Positions 12,651 through 24,519 are shown, numbered from the stretch's first letter. The stretch is DNA of 64,000 bases from Tubiluchus corallicola (GCA_030141605.1 JAQGDQ010000524.1:1-64000); one strand, 5' to 3'. Notes: generated by a model not told the origin, from the letters alone. Program-made: numbers and translations.

Positions 12651-14237
12651 TTAATGGTTTCCATATCCTGTGCTTTGCTTTCCTTTTCTACTTCGACTTT
12701 TCCCGTAACCTTTGCTGTGTTTCTTTGAGCGCCCACCATGGCCTCTACTCCGGCCTCCGCCTCCATAACCATCGTCGTCGTCAAATACACTAAAGTCGAA
12801 GCTACCTAAGGATCCCTGTTCAATCCTAACGTTATTACCGAAATTTGGATCGTAGCCAGCTACTCCAACCTGGCTAGTGCCAAATCCAGAAGCCGAGTTT
12901 CCGATTCCATTGCCAGAAAGTCCACATCCACCAAATCCACATTGTCCACTACTAGTGCCGACTCCAAACCCATTATTGTTGGAACCATATCCGGAATCGT
13001 TTGAACCATACCCTGTGTCATCAGAACCGTACCCATCATCGCTTCCATACCCACCTTTTGATCCAGATCCATATCCTTGGTCATCAGAACCGTACCCATC
13101 ATTGCCTCCATACCCACCTTTTGATCCAGATCCATATCCTTGGTCATCAGAACCATACCCATTGTTGTTACCATATCCTTGGTTAACGTTTCCACATCCA
13201 CCAAAACCACAATTTTGATCAATAGAGGTTCCAAAGAAGCCACCGCTATTAACATTGACACCGACAGCCGATTGGCCACTTCCGTAACCACCTCCACCTC
13301 CTCCATTTCCGTAACCACTACCTCCTCCACCACCATATCCTGTGGTTCCTCCACCACTTCCATAACCACTACTTCCTCCCCCACTTCCATGTCCGCCACT
13401 GCTTCTTCTGCTTCCGTATCCACTATGTCTCCTGCCACCTTTATTTTTTCTGCTGCTACCATATCCACTTCCACCACCACTGCTGCCATATCCACTTCCA
13501 CCACCGCTGCTGCCATATCCACTTCCACCACCACTGCTGCTATGTCCACTTCCACCTCCACTGCTGCCATATCCACTACCTCCCCCTGTGCTTCCGTATC
13601 CCTGTCCATCCCCATAACTGCTCTTCTTTTTCTTTCCATATCCACGACTTTCCTCTTTTTCTTTTTTACCTCGATGGGGTGGATAACGGTGCTTGCGCCT
13701 TGGAGGTCCATATTCGGTAGTTGTAGTGTCATAATATGAAGTTGTCGTGGTTTCATATGGAGTGGTAGTGGTATCATAGTAATGGCTTGTTGTGCCCGTC
13801 GTGGTCGTGTCCGTGGTTATAGGGTGATTATAGTAACCCGTTTTCTTATGTGGTCGCCTTTTCGGATTAGGTTTGTTGTAAATACGAGGATAAACTGATT
13901 CGGTCTCTTCCTCTCCCTCTTCTTCGTGCGGATAATCACCCGGATTGAAGATTTGCCTCAAACGTCCGTAGAACTCATTCTTTCCATATGGAGCACCGCT
14001 GACAGTTCCTATGTAGCCCTCATGCGCTTGGCCATAACCGGTCTTCTCTTCTCTAACGGCAGATTGGCTGCGCTGATGGTTACCTTGTTGCTTTACGATT
14101 ACGCCAAATAGCCCACGGTCATCCTTGCCGTCGTGATAGAGGTCGTCGTCCTCTTCAATTTCGTCCTCGGAAGGAGGGTAAAACGACTTTGTGTTCGTGA
14201 GGTACCCCGGCGCAGATGCGGTGGCTGCACACCACAA
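12651..14237 (-). CDS. Secreted Gly/Ser/Tyr-rich low-complexity structural-type protein, main coding exon
   Basis: 528 codons plus stop of the 12651-14333 ORF, downstream of acceptor CTTTTCAG|TTG. Modules: acidic N-terminus, Thr/Tyr-rich block, Lys/Arg blocks, GSGYGSSGGG repeats, two CGFGGCG motifs, GYGSDD repeats, basic C-terminus. GC-richer than its flanks. Confidence 0.88.
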   Translation of the reverse strand: MWCAATASAPGYLTNTKSFYPPSEDEIEEDDDLYHDGKDDRGLFGVIVKQQGNHQRSQSAVREEKTGYGQAHEGYIGTVSGAPYGKNEFYGRLRQIFNPGDYPHEEEGEEETESVYPRIYNKPNPKRRPHKKTGYYNHPITTDTTTTGTTSHYYDTTTTPYETTTTSYYDTTTTEYGPPRRKHRYPPHRGKKEKEESRGYGKKKKSSYGDGQGYGSTGGGSGYGSSGGGSGHSSSGGGSGYGSSGGGSGYGSSGGGSGYGSSRKNKGGRRHSGYGSRRSSGGHGSGGGSSGYGSGGGTTGYGGGGGSGYGNGGGGGGYGSGQSAVGVNVNSGGFFGTSIDQNCGFGGCGNVNQGYGNNNGYGSDDQGYGSGSKGGYGGNDGYGSDDQGYGSGSKGGYGSDDGYGSDDTGYGSNDSGYGSNNNGFGVGTSSGQCGFGGCGLSGNGIGNSASGFGTSQVGVAGYDPNFGNNVRIEQGSLGSFDFSVFDDDDGYGGGGRSRGHGGRSKKHSKGYGKSRSRKGKQSTGYGNH

Positions 14238-14344
14238 CTGAAAAGGCAGAAAAGATTGAAAATCATAAGCAGATGACAGATGGTTCTCAAGTGTAGATGC
14301 AAGCGTAGAAGCAAGTGACTGCAAATAGTGCAATTGTTGTGCCT

Positions 14345-14600
14345 GATCAACTTGCTGACCATTGAGAAACTTTACTTTTACACAACGTTTGTTAGTTTTG
14401 TTACAATGATCAATTTGGTGGCCATTGAGAAACTTTACTTTTTATACAACGTTTGTTAGTTTTGTTACAATGATCAATTTGGTGGCCATTGAGAAACTTT
14501 ACTTTTTATACAACGTTTGTTAGTTTTGTTACAATGATCAACTTGGTGGCCATTGAGACACTTTACTTTTTACACAACGTTTGTTAGTTTTGTTACAATG
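14345..14600. repeat. 64-bp minisatellite, ~4 copies
   Basis: TGATCAA-TTGGTGGCCATTGAGAAACTTTAC... units at 14407, 14471, 14535; mirrored at ~63790-64000. Confidence 0.9.
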
Positions 14601-15382
14601 AGAATTTGCAGGTAAAAACTGCCAGACAAAGGATTTATTAAGGAAGGTTCTTAAGCTTTGTAAAGATCACATTCTCGTGTCAGGTTCATTTTCGGGTTTT
14701 GTGCGTTTTGGGTAAATTTATTCAGTGTTTTGTGTTGTTTTGTTCAGCAAATGAAGCGTTTTCATGGAGTACCAGCGGATTTTTCTCAACTAGTTAAATT
14801 ATTTTCCTACTTAAACAAAAACAGGCAACATCTTCAAATAGCTAATGAAATAATCAACCAGAATATGTTATTTGTGCAAGTGCTGGACATAAACCTTCTG
14901 TGCCCTAATGATATTTGTAAAAAAAATGTAAAATTTCACACAGCAGCAAGCCACTGCTTAGTAGGAACAAAAGGTTGCCATGGTGTTTGTGACGTGCAGC
15001 TCCTATGTTCATTGTCCCGCTGTAGATTCACGCTGCTGGAATGAGCATTGCTGAAGTTGGCGTTGCTATGGTGACAAGAACGTTTTGCCTGCCATCTAGG
15101 GGCGAGTTTCAAAAACAATGCAAGTGTGAAATTGCACTACTAGCTGTAATATGGATGGTAAGATACATCCAATATACAGAGTATGTGTCATTATAGTTTG
15201 CCCTTTGCAAGTCACTATAATGGCAAACTGCTTTAGTTTGATATTCGAATGGTATAGAATATCATTAGAACACAATTAATTATTTAAATTTTTAGTGTAC
15301 GATGTATTGCAAGCGTGATTGGCTATACTACAATGATATGAAGCCACATAAATGACTTGTGTACGTAGTAAGCCTCGATGTA

Positions 15383-16009
15383 AGGAAGACAGGATGATTT
15401 ATCATACACTAATCATTTACAAGTACGGTAAAAAGTAGACATTTTAACACCAATAATACTGCAAAAGCGTTTCTGATAATTAAATAATAGATTAGAAACT
15501 TAATTAATAGCTGGCGAGTCCATCTATTGATGACATCACAAACTAACATAATTTTCAACAGCAAAAACATTCCACGAGCGCATTGCACGTGTTTGGGAAA
15601 GCGAAAATTGAAGAGCAGTGCTACAGTAACATATTCAGTGTGTTGTACTAAAACTAGGTATTTTTTAAATTCAAATTTAAATTTCAAATTTACCACTGTG
15701 CTCACGCATGAACTGTCGAACGTGTGCAGTTCGTCATAAACTAACACGTCTAAACTGAAAGGTAAAGTACCTGTTTTTGTGCAATGCGTTTTCGAAATGC
15801 AGGCGCCAGCGCCCGTCTAACTAGGGAAATGTGAAATGCATGTAACAGCAAAGAACTAGTGGCATGAATACGAAATTGTGTTTGTGTGGTAAGAATTCTG
15901 TCATTCATTCATTTCTTTTATTAATAAGTCATTCTGGAAATGTTTCCTTTCAATATTTTAAAGAAGAGATTGTTTTGACCTATAGTTTAAGATTGGGTCC
16001 GGTTTTGCT
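15383..16009. mobile_element. Kolobok/T2-like MITE, copy 2
   Basis: Same sequence family as 5485-6063 (AGGAAGACAGGATG...GGTCCGGTTTTGCT). Confidence 0.75.
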
Positions 16010-16066
16010 TAAAAAAATAATTAGTGACCACAATCCTGTGATTCGTCACTTTGTAATCAATTAATA

Positions 16067-16322
16067 TGCTGCTATGCCAAGTCCAAACAACCTACTTAAA
16101 CTGTTGACATAGCTAACTGTTGTTTTACATATCAATAGCCAATGTCAAAAATACGTAGCCAAGTTGCTGCTATGCCAAGTCCAAACAACTTACTTAAACT
16201 GTTGACATAGCTAACTGTTGTTTTACATATCAATAGCCAATGTCTATTAATACGTAGCCAAGTTGCTGCTATGCCAAGTCCAAACAACTTACTTAAAATG
16301 TTGACATAGCAAACTGTTATTT
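16067..16322. repeat. ~98-bp tandem repeat, ~2.6 copies
   Basis: TGCTGCTATGCCAAGTCCAAACAAC units at 16067, 16165, 16264. Confidence 0.9.
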
Positions 16323-16494
16323 TACGAGGAAAGCAGTGACATTAACAAATTATGGAAACTCACCGCGCTGATACCAAAGAGAATTAGCAACAGTCTCATC
16401 ACTCAATGTAACCTGGAAAAATTACGAGGATTTTGTAAACAATTAAATAATAAATACATGAATAATAATTAATAATAATAATAATTAATAATAC

Positions 16495-16518
16495 TAATAT
16501 AATAAGTGTCGAAGACAT
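16495..16518 (-). CDS. Start-codon exon of the Gly-rich protein (MSSTLIIL)
   Basis: Exon 16554-16495 has acceptor CCATAG|G, start context CAAAATG and phase-0 donor TTA|GTATTA. Joined to 14237 it gives signal peptide MSSTLIILLWCAATASA. Confidence 0.7.
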
Positions 16519-16829
16519 TTTGTTTGTATCTTAGCTGCCTCGCTGCAACTAAGCCTATGGATAAACATATCAGGTTTCTGTCTGTGTTATTTCTTCCAGT
16601 GGAAAATTTGCAAATTCGATATAGACGCCATGTGCAATGAAATTCAGAGAAAAGTGTCAATTATAAACAGACAAGTTTCTGTTATGCACATCTTAAAAAA
16701 TTACAATGAAACATTAGAGTAATTTTGGACGTATTGAATTTTTGTTGCACAAATATCTTAATGTATCATAAACGATATTTTAGTTCTATAAAGAAGAATC
16801 GGTTTTCTGAGTTAATTTGTTAGTTTCTT

Positions 16830-16997
16830 TCCCTGTTTCTTTCATTCTTTCTTTTCTTTCATTCATTCATTCTTTATTTCTTTCTTTCTTTTATTCTTTT
16901 ATTTTTTCATTCTTTTTTCTCTTTCTTTCTTTTTTCTTTCTTTCTTTATGTCTTTCTTTCTTCTTTCTTTCTTTCTTCCTTCCTTTCTTTCTTTCTT

Positions 16998-17060
<63 letters not shown>

Positions 17061-17061
17061 G

Positions 17062-17149
<88 letters not shown>

Positions 17150-17170
17150 TTTTTCTTTCTCTCATTTTTC
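16830..17170. repeat. (TTTC)n/(TC)n microsatellite
   Basis: Direct inspection; length differs in the mirror copy at ~61190-61560. Confidence 0.95.
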
Positions 17171-17350
17171 ACCTTACCTCCTTTCTTTCATGCTTCTTTT
17201 ATCTGTTAAAAAAAGCATTTCTCATTTACAGCAAGCGTCACATATGTACAAACGTAAGTGTAGCACGAAATCGTAAGTACCTACAAATGCATAGAACAGT
17301 TTACATAAACTTCTACTACCATGAAGACTTACTAGTAAATAAATGCTTAC

Positions 17351-17452
17351 AAAATCAGAACACACAGTGACTACTAGCACTGCACGAAGACACTTTTCAC
17401 ACACCTCACTATCTCGTTTAACTGCTCACATCAGGAAGCATTGCTTTATATA
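17351..17452 (-). promoter_or_regulatory. TATA box, Inr and non-coding exon 1 of the Gly-rich gene
   Basis: TATATAAAG at 17452-17444; GCAGTT (Inr-like) ~29 nt downstream at ~17423; donor TTT|GTAAGC at 17351/17350. Confidence 0.6.
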
Positions 17453-18079
17453 CGACCGCCATTTAAATTTTCGAAGGCGGTTTTTTCCTAGATTTCTTTT
17501 ACAACGTAACACTTTCTGCTATGAATCGTCCGTTTCTTCGTTACGTCAATTTTGGCCCGCGGCCGTGAAGTACATAGCGAGGCGCGATGACCAACATTGT
17601 GCCTCTAATGTTCCATATAACAAAAGCGACAAGGCGACAACACCGCCCACGAGAAAAAGATATTCCAGAGCCCCTTCAAAAGAATTTCCAGGGATCAAAA
17701 TAAAAAAAATTGTATGAATCAGCTACTGTAGTTCGTATCATTGTCCAATAACGCTTTGTGACGTGTAGAGGATTCGGTTTTTCCCGCTTTTTCATGATTT
17801 CGGGCATTTCGACGGTGCGCACCCCGCGCATGGAACCGGTTTTATTAATCTTCAAGAAATGCAGTAAGTCAGTCGACCACTCGGGACCTGTCACCACTCG
17901 TAATAAAACGTCAACCTCGTTATAGATAAAGTTCAAAACTTTAATGTGTGTCTCGAATCCACGCGGAATATTAAAATTCTTCCTCTATCAGCACGTGCAA
18001 GCCGTGCAACTCCAGGTATGCGCGGGCTGTAGGCTCACCCCCCCGTCTCGAAAAGTAAACAAACTAGTCCTCTTTAAAT

Positions 18080-18085
18080 AACAAC

Positions 18086-18156
<71 letters not shown>

Positions 18157-18214
18157 TAACAACAAGAACAAGAACAAGAACAAGAACAAGAACAACAACA
18201 ACAACAACAACAAC

Positions 18215-18251
<37 letters not shown>

Positions 18252-18255
18252 TAAT
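18080..18255. repeat. (AAT)n/(AAC)n/(AAGAAC)n microsatellite
   Basis: Direct inspection. Confidence 0.95.
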
Positions 18256-19899
18256 AAACGCCTTATTTTACAAACATAAACACAAGTACAGTTAACAAAT
18301 CACACACTTAAATAAACAACGCATACATGAACACGTCCCTACAAATGCGAATTCATCAATATCAAATATGAATGTGAATTCTGGAAAACTTCCACACCCC
18401 CACTTTTGTCTAAAAATATAAACTTGTCAATATCACAATAAATAATAGAATAAACATTTAAACCAATTATGCCGTCTTAAATTTGTGTAGTTTTTGAAAT
18501 TATTAGCTGTGTCTTATCGAGGAATTAAAAATTGTTTTGGGGTTTTATAATTTTAAAATTTTACATATTAATTTTACTGCATTTTTATGCTAATAGACAG
18601 AAATCTGCCTTTGCTAGTAACTTTGGTTTCAGAACTCTTTGTGTAACCTTACGTAATCAATGTTACATAACATATATTGGAAACTAATTACAGAATGTGT
18701 AACAGGTAAAATTGTAGAATTACCCCCATGTCAGTGTAAGATTGTAAAAATAATGTTTCGTGCAGAAATTTTAGCCTGCAAGAAGAAGTTATAAAGTCTT
18801 TTCGTCATGTCATATGACGATGTCTTCAAAAGAAAAATGCTGTGTCATTTCATAAATAAAATCATTTCATTAGTAAACCAAGCCAAAAAATCATTTTATT
18901 TGCACTCTACCTACGTTAGATATGGACTATGTTTTCTCTAGCCGAGATAATAATTTTATAAATGCTTTTGCAATCTTATCTCGGATGAATTCCTATCGTC
19001 TCTCGTCGTTTTTTCTATATGCTGTTTTGTTCTTATTTATGATCATGTGAATTTGCGATAAAATTGGTAATTATGTTTATTATAGTTGTAGTCGCTGTTT
19101 TTCAGTTTGTATAATGTGTGCAAATTTTTGTTACTAAGTATTAAAATGTGTTCTTTATCTTTTATTATGTATGCATGTATGTATGTATGTAGTGTTGGAT
19201 TATAATTTGTAGCTGTGTATATTGTATATGATCGTTGTCGTTCAGTGTGTCTCATGCGTTGGATACTAAATTATATATACATGTGAATAGGTTTAGTACG
19301 TTGTAAATGCTTTTAGAAATTTTAAACATATCGCTACAAATAGAGAGAATGTATTCTATACATAGTTTTTGAAATAAAGAATAATAATAATAATAATAAT
19401 TCAGTGTGAAGTATGGATCATGTTGACTCAAAACGTGTACTGCATAGAAGGAATGTTTGTTTACGTGTGCTTACTTTTCTGTGAATCTGTTTTGTGTTTT
19501 TATTAATTTCTTTTTCTGTATTTGTTCACTTAGAAGTTTTTCCACCCGTTTGAATCTGTTCTGAAAACGACGATTAACATGTTTGCAAACTTCAGGTAAT
19601 CATGTTTGTTTACAAGGAGTAAACATTCTCTATCAGAAAAAGCATTCGAATCGAATCGAATTCGTGACGTTCAAATTCGACTCGAACTGAATTTTAGTAC
19701 TGTATTTCGAATCCGAATCGAATTTTATTTTTATTTATTTATTTAACAAAAAACATACACACTACTTGTAATATGCAACTACGTCAAGCAAAATTGGCAG
19801 GTTTCCGAAATTACAATAGTATTTGTGTTTATATTGTCATAATAAGCATCTTTTCCTTTTTTGCTTGCTTTTCATTTGCTCTTTATTTCTTTCTTTCAA

Positions 19900-20125
<226 letters not shown>

Positions 20126-20617
20126 CAGAGCCAACTGGGTACCTTGTATAACAATTATGCTAAAACGCTTCAATGTCACCACTCTTGTACGTTGTACAAA
20201 TATACGATTTTGGTTATTATCAATCTTCCACTGATCTCTGCCACTGTGATTTAGGGAAATTGTTAACAGGTCATAGACCTACGTTGTCATAACTGTGTCA
20301 CTATGATAAATGTATTGTGTCAGAAAGAACACTTATTTGTAGAACTCGTCATGTACAGTTTATCTATGATCTCAATCATTTTCAAGACCTGTCATCCCCG
20401 GGGGGCATTTCATAACTTAGTGCAGTTAGAACTTCTCCCATTTCGTAAGAGTTGATGCGTATTTTTTATAAACTCATACAAACTTCCAATTTAAATCCGT
20501 ACTCAAAAATTAATACAAGATTTTTTAACATTGGTACATTAAGTTAATAATAAATGCTGTTTTATCGTATGCTCTCGGCTGAACAAAAGCAAATATCATT
20601 AAAAGTAATGAAATTAA

Positions 20618-21254
20618 ACGAAGAGAAGATGATTTTTCATGTACTACCCCATTTTCAAGTCCGTTAAACATTTCATACAATTTCATGCGAAACATTTCAT
20701 ACGAAAAGTATACATTTCAACACAATTAGTATTGCAAAAGTGTTTCTGATAATTAGATAATAGATTAAAGACTTAATTAACGACGGGCGAACCCAACTGT
20801 TGATGACATCACGAACTAACATAATTTTCAACAGCAAAAATATTCCGCGTGCGTTTTGCACGTATTTGAAAGCTAAAATTGAAGTACAGTGCTACTGTAA
20901 CATATTCAGTGTCTTGTACTAAAATTAGGCAAGTTTTAAGATAAAAATTCAAATTTACCGTTGTGCTCAAGCATGAGCTGTTGAACGTGTGTAGTTCGTC
21001 ACAAACTAACACATGTGAACTGAGAAGTACAGCAGTTGTTTTCTGTGTAATGCATTTCCGAAATGGAGGCGCCCGTCTAACTAGCGAATGGCGAAATGCA
21101 CGTAACAGTAAAGAACTAGTGACACGAACGTGAAATTGCGTTTGTGTGATAATAATTCTTTCACGTAAGTCATTTAAAAGTAGTATGTTTCCTTTCAATA
21201 TTTTAAAGAGTAGATTGTTTTGACCTGCAGTTTATTATTTGCTCTGGTTGTGAT
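20618..21254. mobile_element. Kolobok/T2-like MITE, copy 3
   Basis: Same family, TTAA-flanked, more diverged ends. Confidence 0.7.
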
Positions 21255-21609
21255 TTAATATTGAGTTTTTCTCCGGAGCACGCACGCACGCACGCACGCA
21301 GCCAGTCTTTGTTTGATTTCAAGTTTTGTTCCTAAGATGATAGCGTAAGCTTCCCACGTGTTCTTGACCAATTGCATCACCTATCCAAGGTTCCAGAAAT
21401 TTTCACTGTACTGTGCCAGTGTCCAGCTGCCCACTACTAAGCGCCCTTGACCAAGAGTTCCACCGCAAATCTACAGTCGCCCTACGCATGCGTAACATTT
21501 TTATAATTGCTATTGCTTTTATCTATTTTGATTTTCGTTTAGCAGTAAATGAGGTCAACTATTGTGTAAAACGAAATCTTTGCTTCCTTACCGCATAATG
21601 ATAATAAAG

Positions 21610-21882
21610 CTGAGTACAGCTGTTACGGTAGATGTGGTTAGTAACAAATGGCTGAGTATAGATTTACGCAGGCCTGTTGTTACGATAGATATGGTTAGTA
21701 ACAAATGGTTGAGTATAGATTTACACAGTAGAGTTGTTACGATAGATGTGGTTAGTAACAAATGGCTGAGTATAGATTTACACAATACAGTTGTTGCGAT
21801 AGATGTGGTTAGTAACAAATGGCTGAGTATAGATTTACACAGTACAGTTGTTACGATAGATGTGGTTAGTAACAAATGGCTA
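21610..21882. repeat. 60-bp minisatellite, ~4.5 copies
   Basis: GATAGATGTGGTTAGTAACAAATGGCTGAGTATAGATTTAC units. Confidence 0.92.
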
Positions 21883-22298
21883 ATCGTATTTAATTCAACT
21901 TTCTTTTCCTTCGTCATTTTCTTTTTTCTCAGTCTTCGAGTTCTTTTTCATTTTTCTCCTTTTTTCTACATTCTTCTTTTTCTTCTTCCGTTTTTTTCTT
22001 TAATACTTTCTTTGTGGCTCCAGCTCCAAGAATTTGAGTTTTTTCCTCTTCTCTTAATTATTCTTTTATATTTTCTCTTTGGCTTCAGGTTTCCTAGTTC
22101 GTAATGAGCTAGGCCATCCTGTTCCATTCTGGAAAACTTATCAATCTCATGTCAAATTATTGACACAACTTAGTCAAATCTGGGTGAGTTGTATCACCCA
22201 CTCACTAGTGACCGAGGTCAAATGTCAACAATGTGTCCTAAACCAAAGATGAACCATATTATCAGAAAATGGGACATGCGGGGAAGAAATTCTTGCGG

Positions 22299-22640
22299 TA
22301 TAATCACCTCAACTGGAAGAGATGACACATCAGTCAATGTCCTAAATCAAAGAGGAACCATATTGCCAAAGTCTGGGTCATACTGTGAAAGAACTCTTGT
22401 AGTATAATCACCTCAACTGGAAGAGATGACACGTCGTTCAACGTCCTAAATCAAAGAGGAACCATATTGCCAAAGTCTGGGTCATACAGTGAAGAAACTC
22501 TTGTAGTATAATCACCTCAATTGGAAGAGATGACACATCATTCAATGTCCTAAATCAAAAAGGAACCATATTGCCAAAGTCTGAGTCATACTGTGAAGAA
22601 ACTCTTGTAGCATAATCACCTCAACTAGAACAGATGACAC
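22299..22640. repeat. 104-bp tandem repeat, ~3.3 copies, just upstream of the acidic-protein promoter
   Basis: TATAATCACCTCAACTGGAAGAGATGACAC-type units at 22299, 22403, 22507, 22611. Confidence 0.92.
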
Positions 22641-22696
22641 ATGCTCTATTACTAAACATTATTCGGGTATTTGTGTTTATCTTAAAACCAAATGAG

Positions 22697-22747
22697 TGAC
22701 TCAATCTCAGTAGGATGTAACAGTTGGTAGACAACTTTGGTATATAA
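22697..22747 (+). promoter_or_regulatory. AP-1-like site and TATA box of the acidic-protein gene
   Basis: TGACTCA at 22697-22703; TATATAA at 22741-22747, ~95 nt before the ATG. Confidence 0.55.
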
Positions 22748-22837
22748 GTGAATTTGACTGATTGAAATTATTTATTCTGCTGCCGGCCAGCAAGAAGTTG
22801 CTACAAGTTCTTCCTGATTTCACAGAATTCAGACAAG

Positions 22838-22924
22838 ATGGTTAGAGTCAGCTCAACACTGTTGCTCTTGGCTTTCTCTTTTGCAGTAATTTCAGTAACT
22901 GCCAGTCCCGTATCTGCTAAGAAG
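22838..22924 (+). CDS. Secreted Glu/Ala/Val-rich acidic protein, exon 1 (signal peptide)
   Basis: MVRVSSTLLLLAFSFAVISVTA-SPVSAKK, then consensus donor AAG|GTAAGC in phase 0. Confidence 0.85.
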
Positions 22925-23509
22925 GTAAGCGAATATGTATTCTGGCATTGTGATTCTATAAATATTGTTAACATAAGGAGTAATAGCTACACTCATTGAA
23001 TAATTTATAGCTTTCACAGCAATGATGACGACAACAACAGCGAGAGTGACAGTGACAACGACAAAGATTTATTCAAATCTTTTAAATTTTTTTATGTTCT
23101 ATTTTGTTGATACATTTAACTATATTCGTAGCTTTCATTTGTTTTTTAGCAAACGCATGAGGTAGCATATTGCACACATGCAATAAAGATAAAATGCTGT
23201 ACAATATTCTGTTGCAATAATAAACAACTAGCAAAGGCCCCGCAAAAAAAATTGCGTGTAAATGCACTTTTAATCAATAATGCGCGAACATTCTACATTG
23301 TTCTCATTTACGAAGCAAAGCCAGCAGCAGGCTTTTACTGAATTAAAGTTATAAGATTATAGGCAGAGTATAATGGATGACGTCAGAACAAAGGCATATA
23401 CCTCCTTTCGAGAGTCACACCAGGCGCCGCTAGAACGTTTTTCTGCAGGCCGTATGGTCAAAATTTCGAAAAAATCTGACAATGTCAAATGTTACAATGA
23501 ATTTTTTTT

Positions 23510-23730
23510 ACAAAATGTGCTACAGATATTTTATTATAACAATAAAACAATGTGCTGCAGATATTTCATTGTAATAATGAAACAATGTGCTGTAGATATT
23601 TCATTGTAACAATAACACAATGTGCTGTAGATATTTCATTGTAACAATAAAACAATGTGCTGTAGATATTTCATTGTAACAATGAAACAATGTGCTGTAG
23701 ATATTTCATTGTAACAATGAAACAATGTAT
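23510..23730. repeat. 39-bp minisatellite in the intron of the acidic-protein gene
   Basis: ACAATGTGCTGTAGATATTTCATTGTAACAAT units. Confidence 0.9.
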
Positions 23731-23915
23731 AATTCAATATTCAGTTGCATTAATAAAATATTGTTCTATAAAATCTTTAATTTTGACCAAAATCTTGTTT
23801 TTTCTAAGATAACGTTTTCTGAATATCTTTGTAAAATCAATAACATAATAAGGTTGATGTTTGGTATAAAACCAAACATTCCATGATTGAAATGAACAAA
23901 ATCAGCCTTTTTCAG

Positions 23916-24287
23916 GTATTGAGCAAGAGAGAAGCTGAATCAGAATCACCGGAGCAAGTAGTCGCCGAAGCGTCCGCACAAGCGGCAGAAGCTGCAAGCG
24001 ACGTTGCGGAAGCGGCAGCAGAAAATGCCGAGGAAGTTCAGGAAGTTGCCGAAGAGGCTGGAAACGAAGTTGTAGCAGAAGTAGCAGAAGAACAAGTCGA
24101 GGAAGCAAACGCCATAGAGGAACAAGCAGAAGTGGTAGAGGCGGCGGCAGAGGTAGCCGAACAGGCAGCGGAAGGGGAAGCTCCTCCAGCTGCAGCAGAA
24201 CAGGCTGGTGACGTTGCAGAAGCAGCAGGGGAGGCGGCAGAGCAATCAGGCGAAGAAGTAGAACAAGTAGATGTGCCATCAATATAG
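23916..24287 (+). CDS. Secreted Glu/Ala/Val-rich acidic protein, exon 2
   Basis: Acceptor CTTTTTCAG|GTA; VLSKR followed by 118 aa EAESESPEQVVAEASAQAAEAASDVAEAAAE...VDVPSI*. GC-rich coding-like block; total 152 aa. Confidence 0.85.
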   Translation, partial: VLSKREAESESPEQVVAEASAQAAEAASDVAEAAAENAEEVQEVAEEAGNEVVAEVAEEQVEEANAIEEQAEVVEAAAEVAEQAAEGEAPPAAAEQAGDVAEAAGEAAEQSGEEVEQVDVPSI

Positions 24288-24519
24288 GCAGCCCCATAAA
24301 TTGCAGAGTAGATACCCGAAGAAAAAGAGGTGGTGAGGAAAAGGAAACAGAGGCATATAAGAGAAGAAAAAATGAGGGAATCTCCTATAATCCTAGCATT
24401 TCTTATAAAGGCTCAGGTTTTATCTTACTGTTAACTTTAATATGATCGTTGATTTTATTTGGGTATTCACGAAACATGACTTCGTGATTCTGGTTAAAAT
24501 TAAAGCAAAATATTTTATT

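Noticed and set aside
12860-13777. Alternative-frame and antisense ORFs over the Gly-rich exon (12860-13777, 12877-13218, 13140-13739)
   Set aside because: Shadow ORFs of a repetitive Gly-codon-rich exon.
14238-14333. N-terminal 32 codons of the 560-aa ORF
   Set aside because: Starts at a non-ATG codon and contains a pyrimidine tract + CAG; interpreted as intron.
15409-15747. Recurring ORFs such as VLVCDELHTFDSSCVST
   Set aside because: Chance frames in the non-coding MITE family; not conserved in frame across copies and no transposase motifs.
19645-19722. Clustered TTCGAA motifs resembling heat-shock elements
   Set aside because: Spacing does not form clean nGAAn arrays; more like a subterminal transposon remnant.
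23902-24297. Leu/Pro-rich and Cys/Phe-rich antisense ORFs
   Set aside because: Shadows of the Glu/Ala-rich sense exon, which has a signal-peptide exon and a TATA box.
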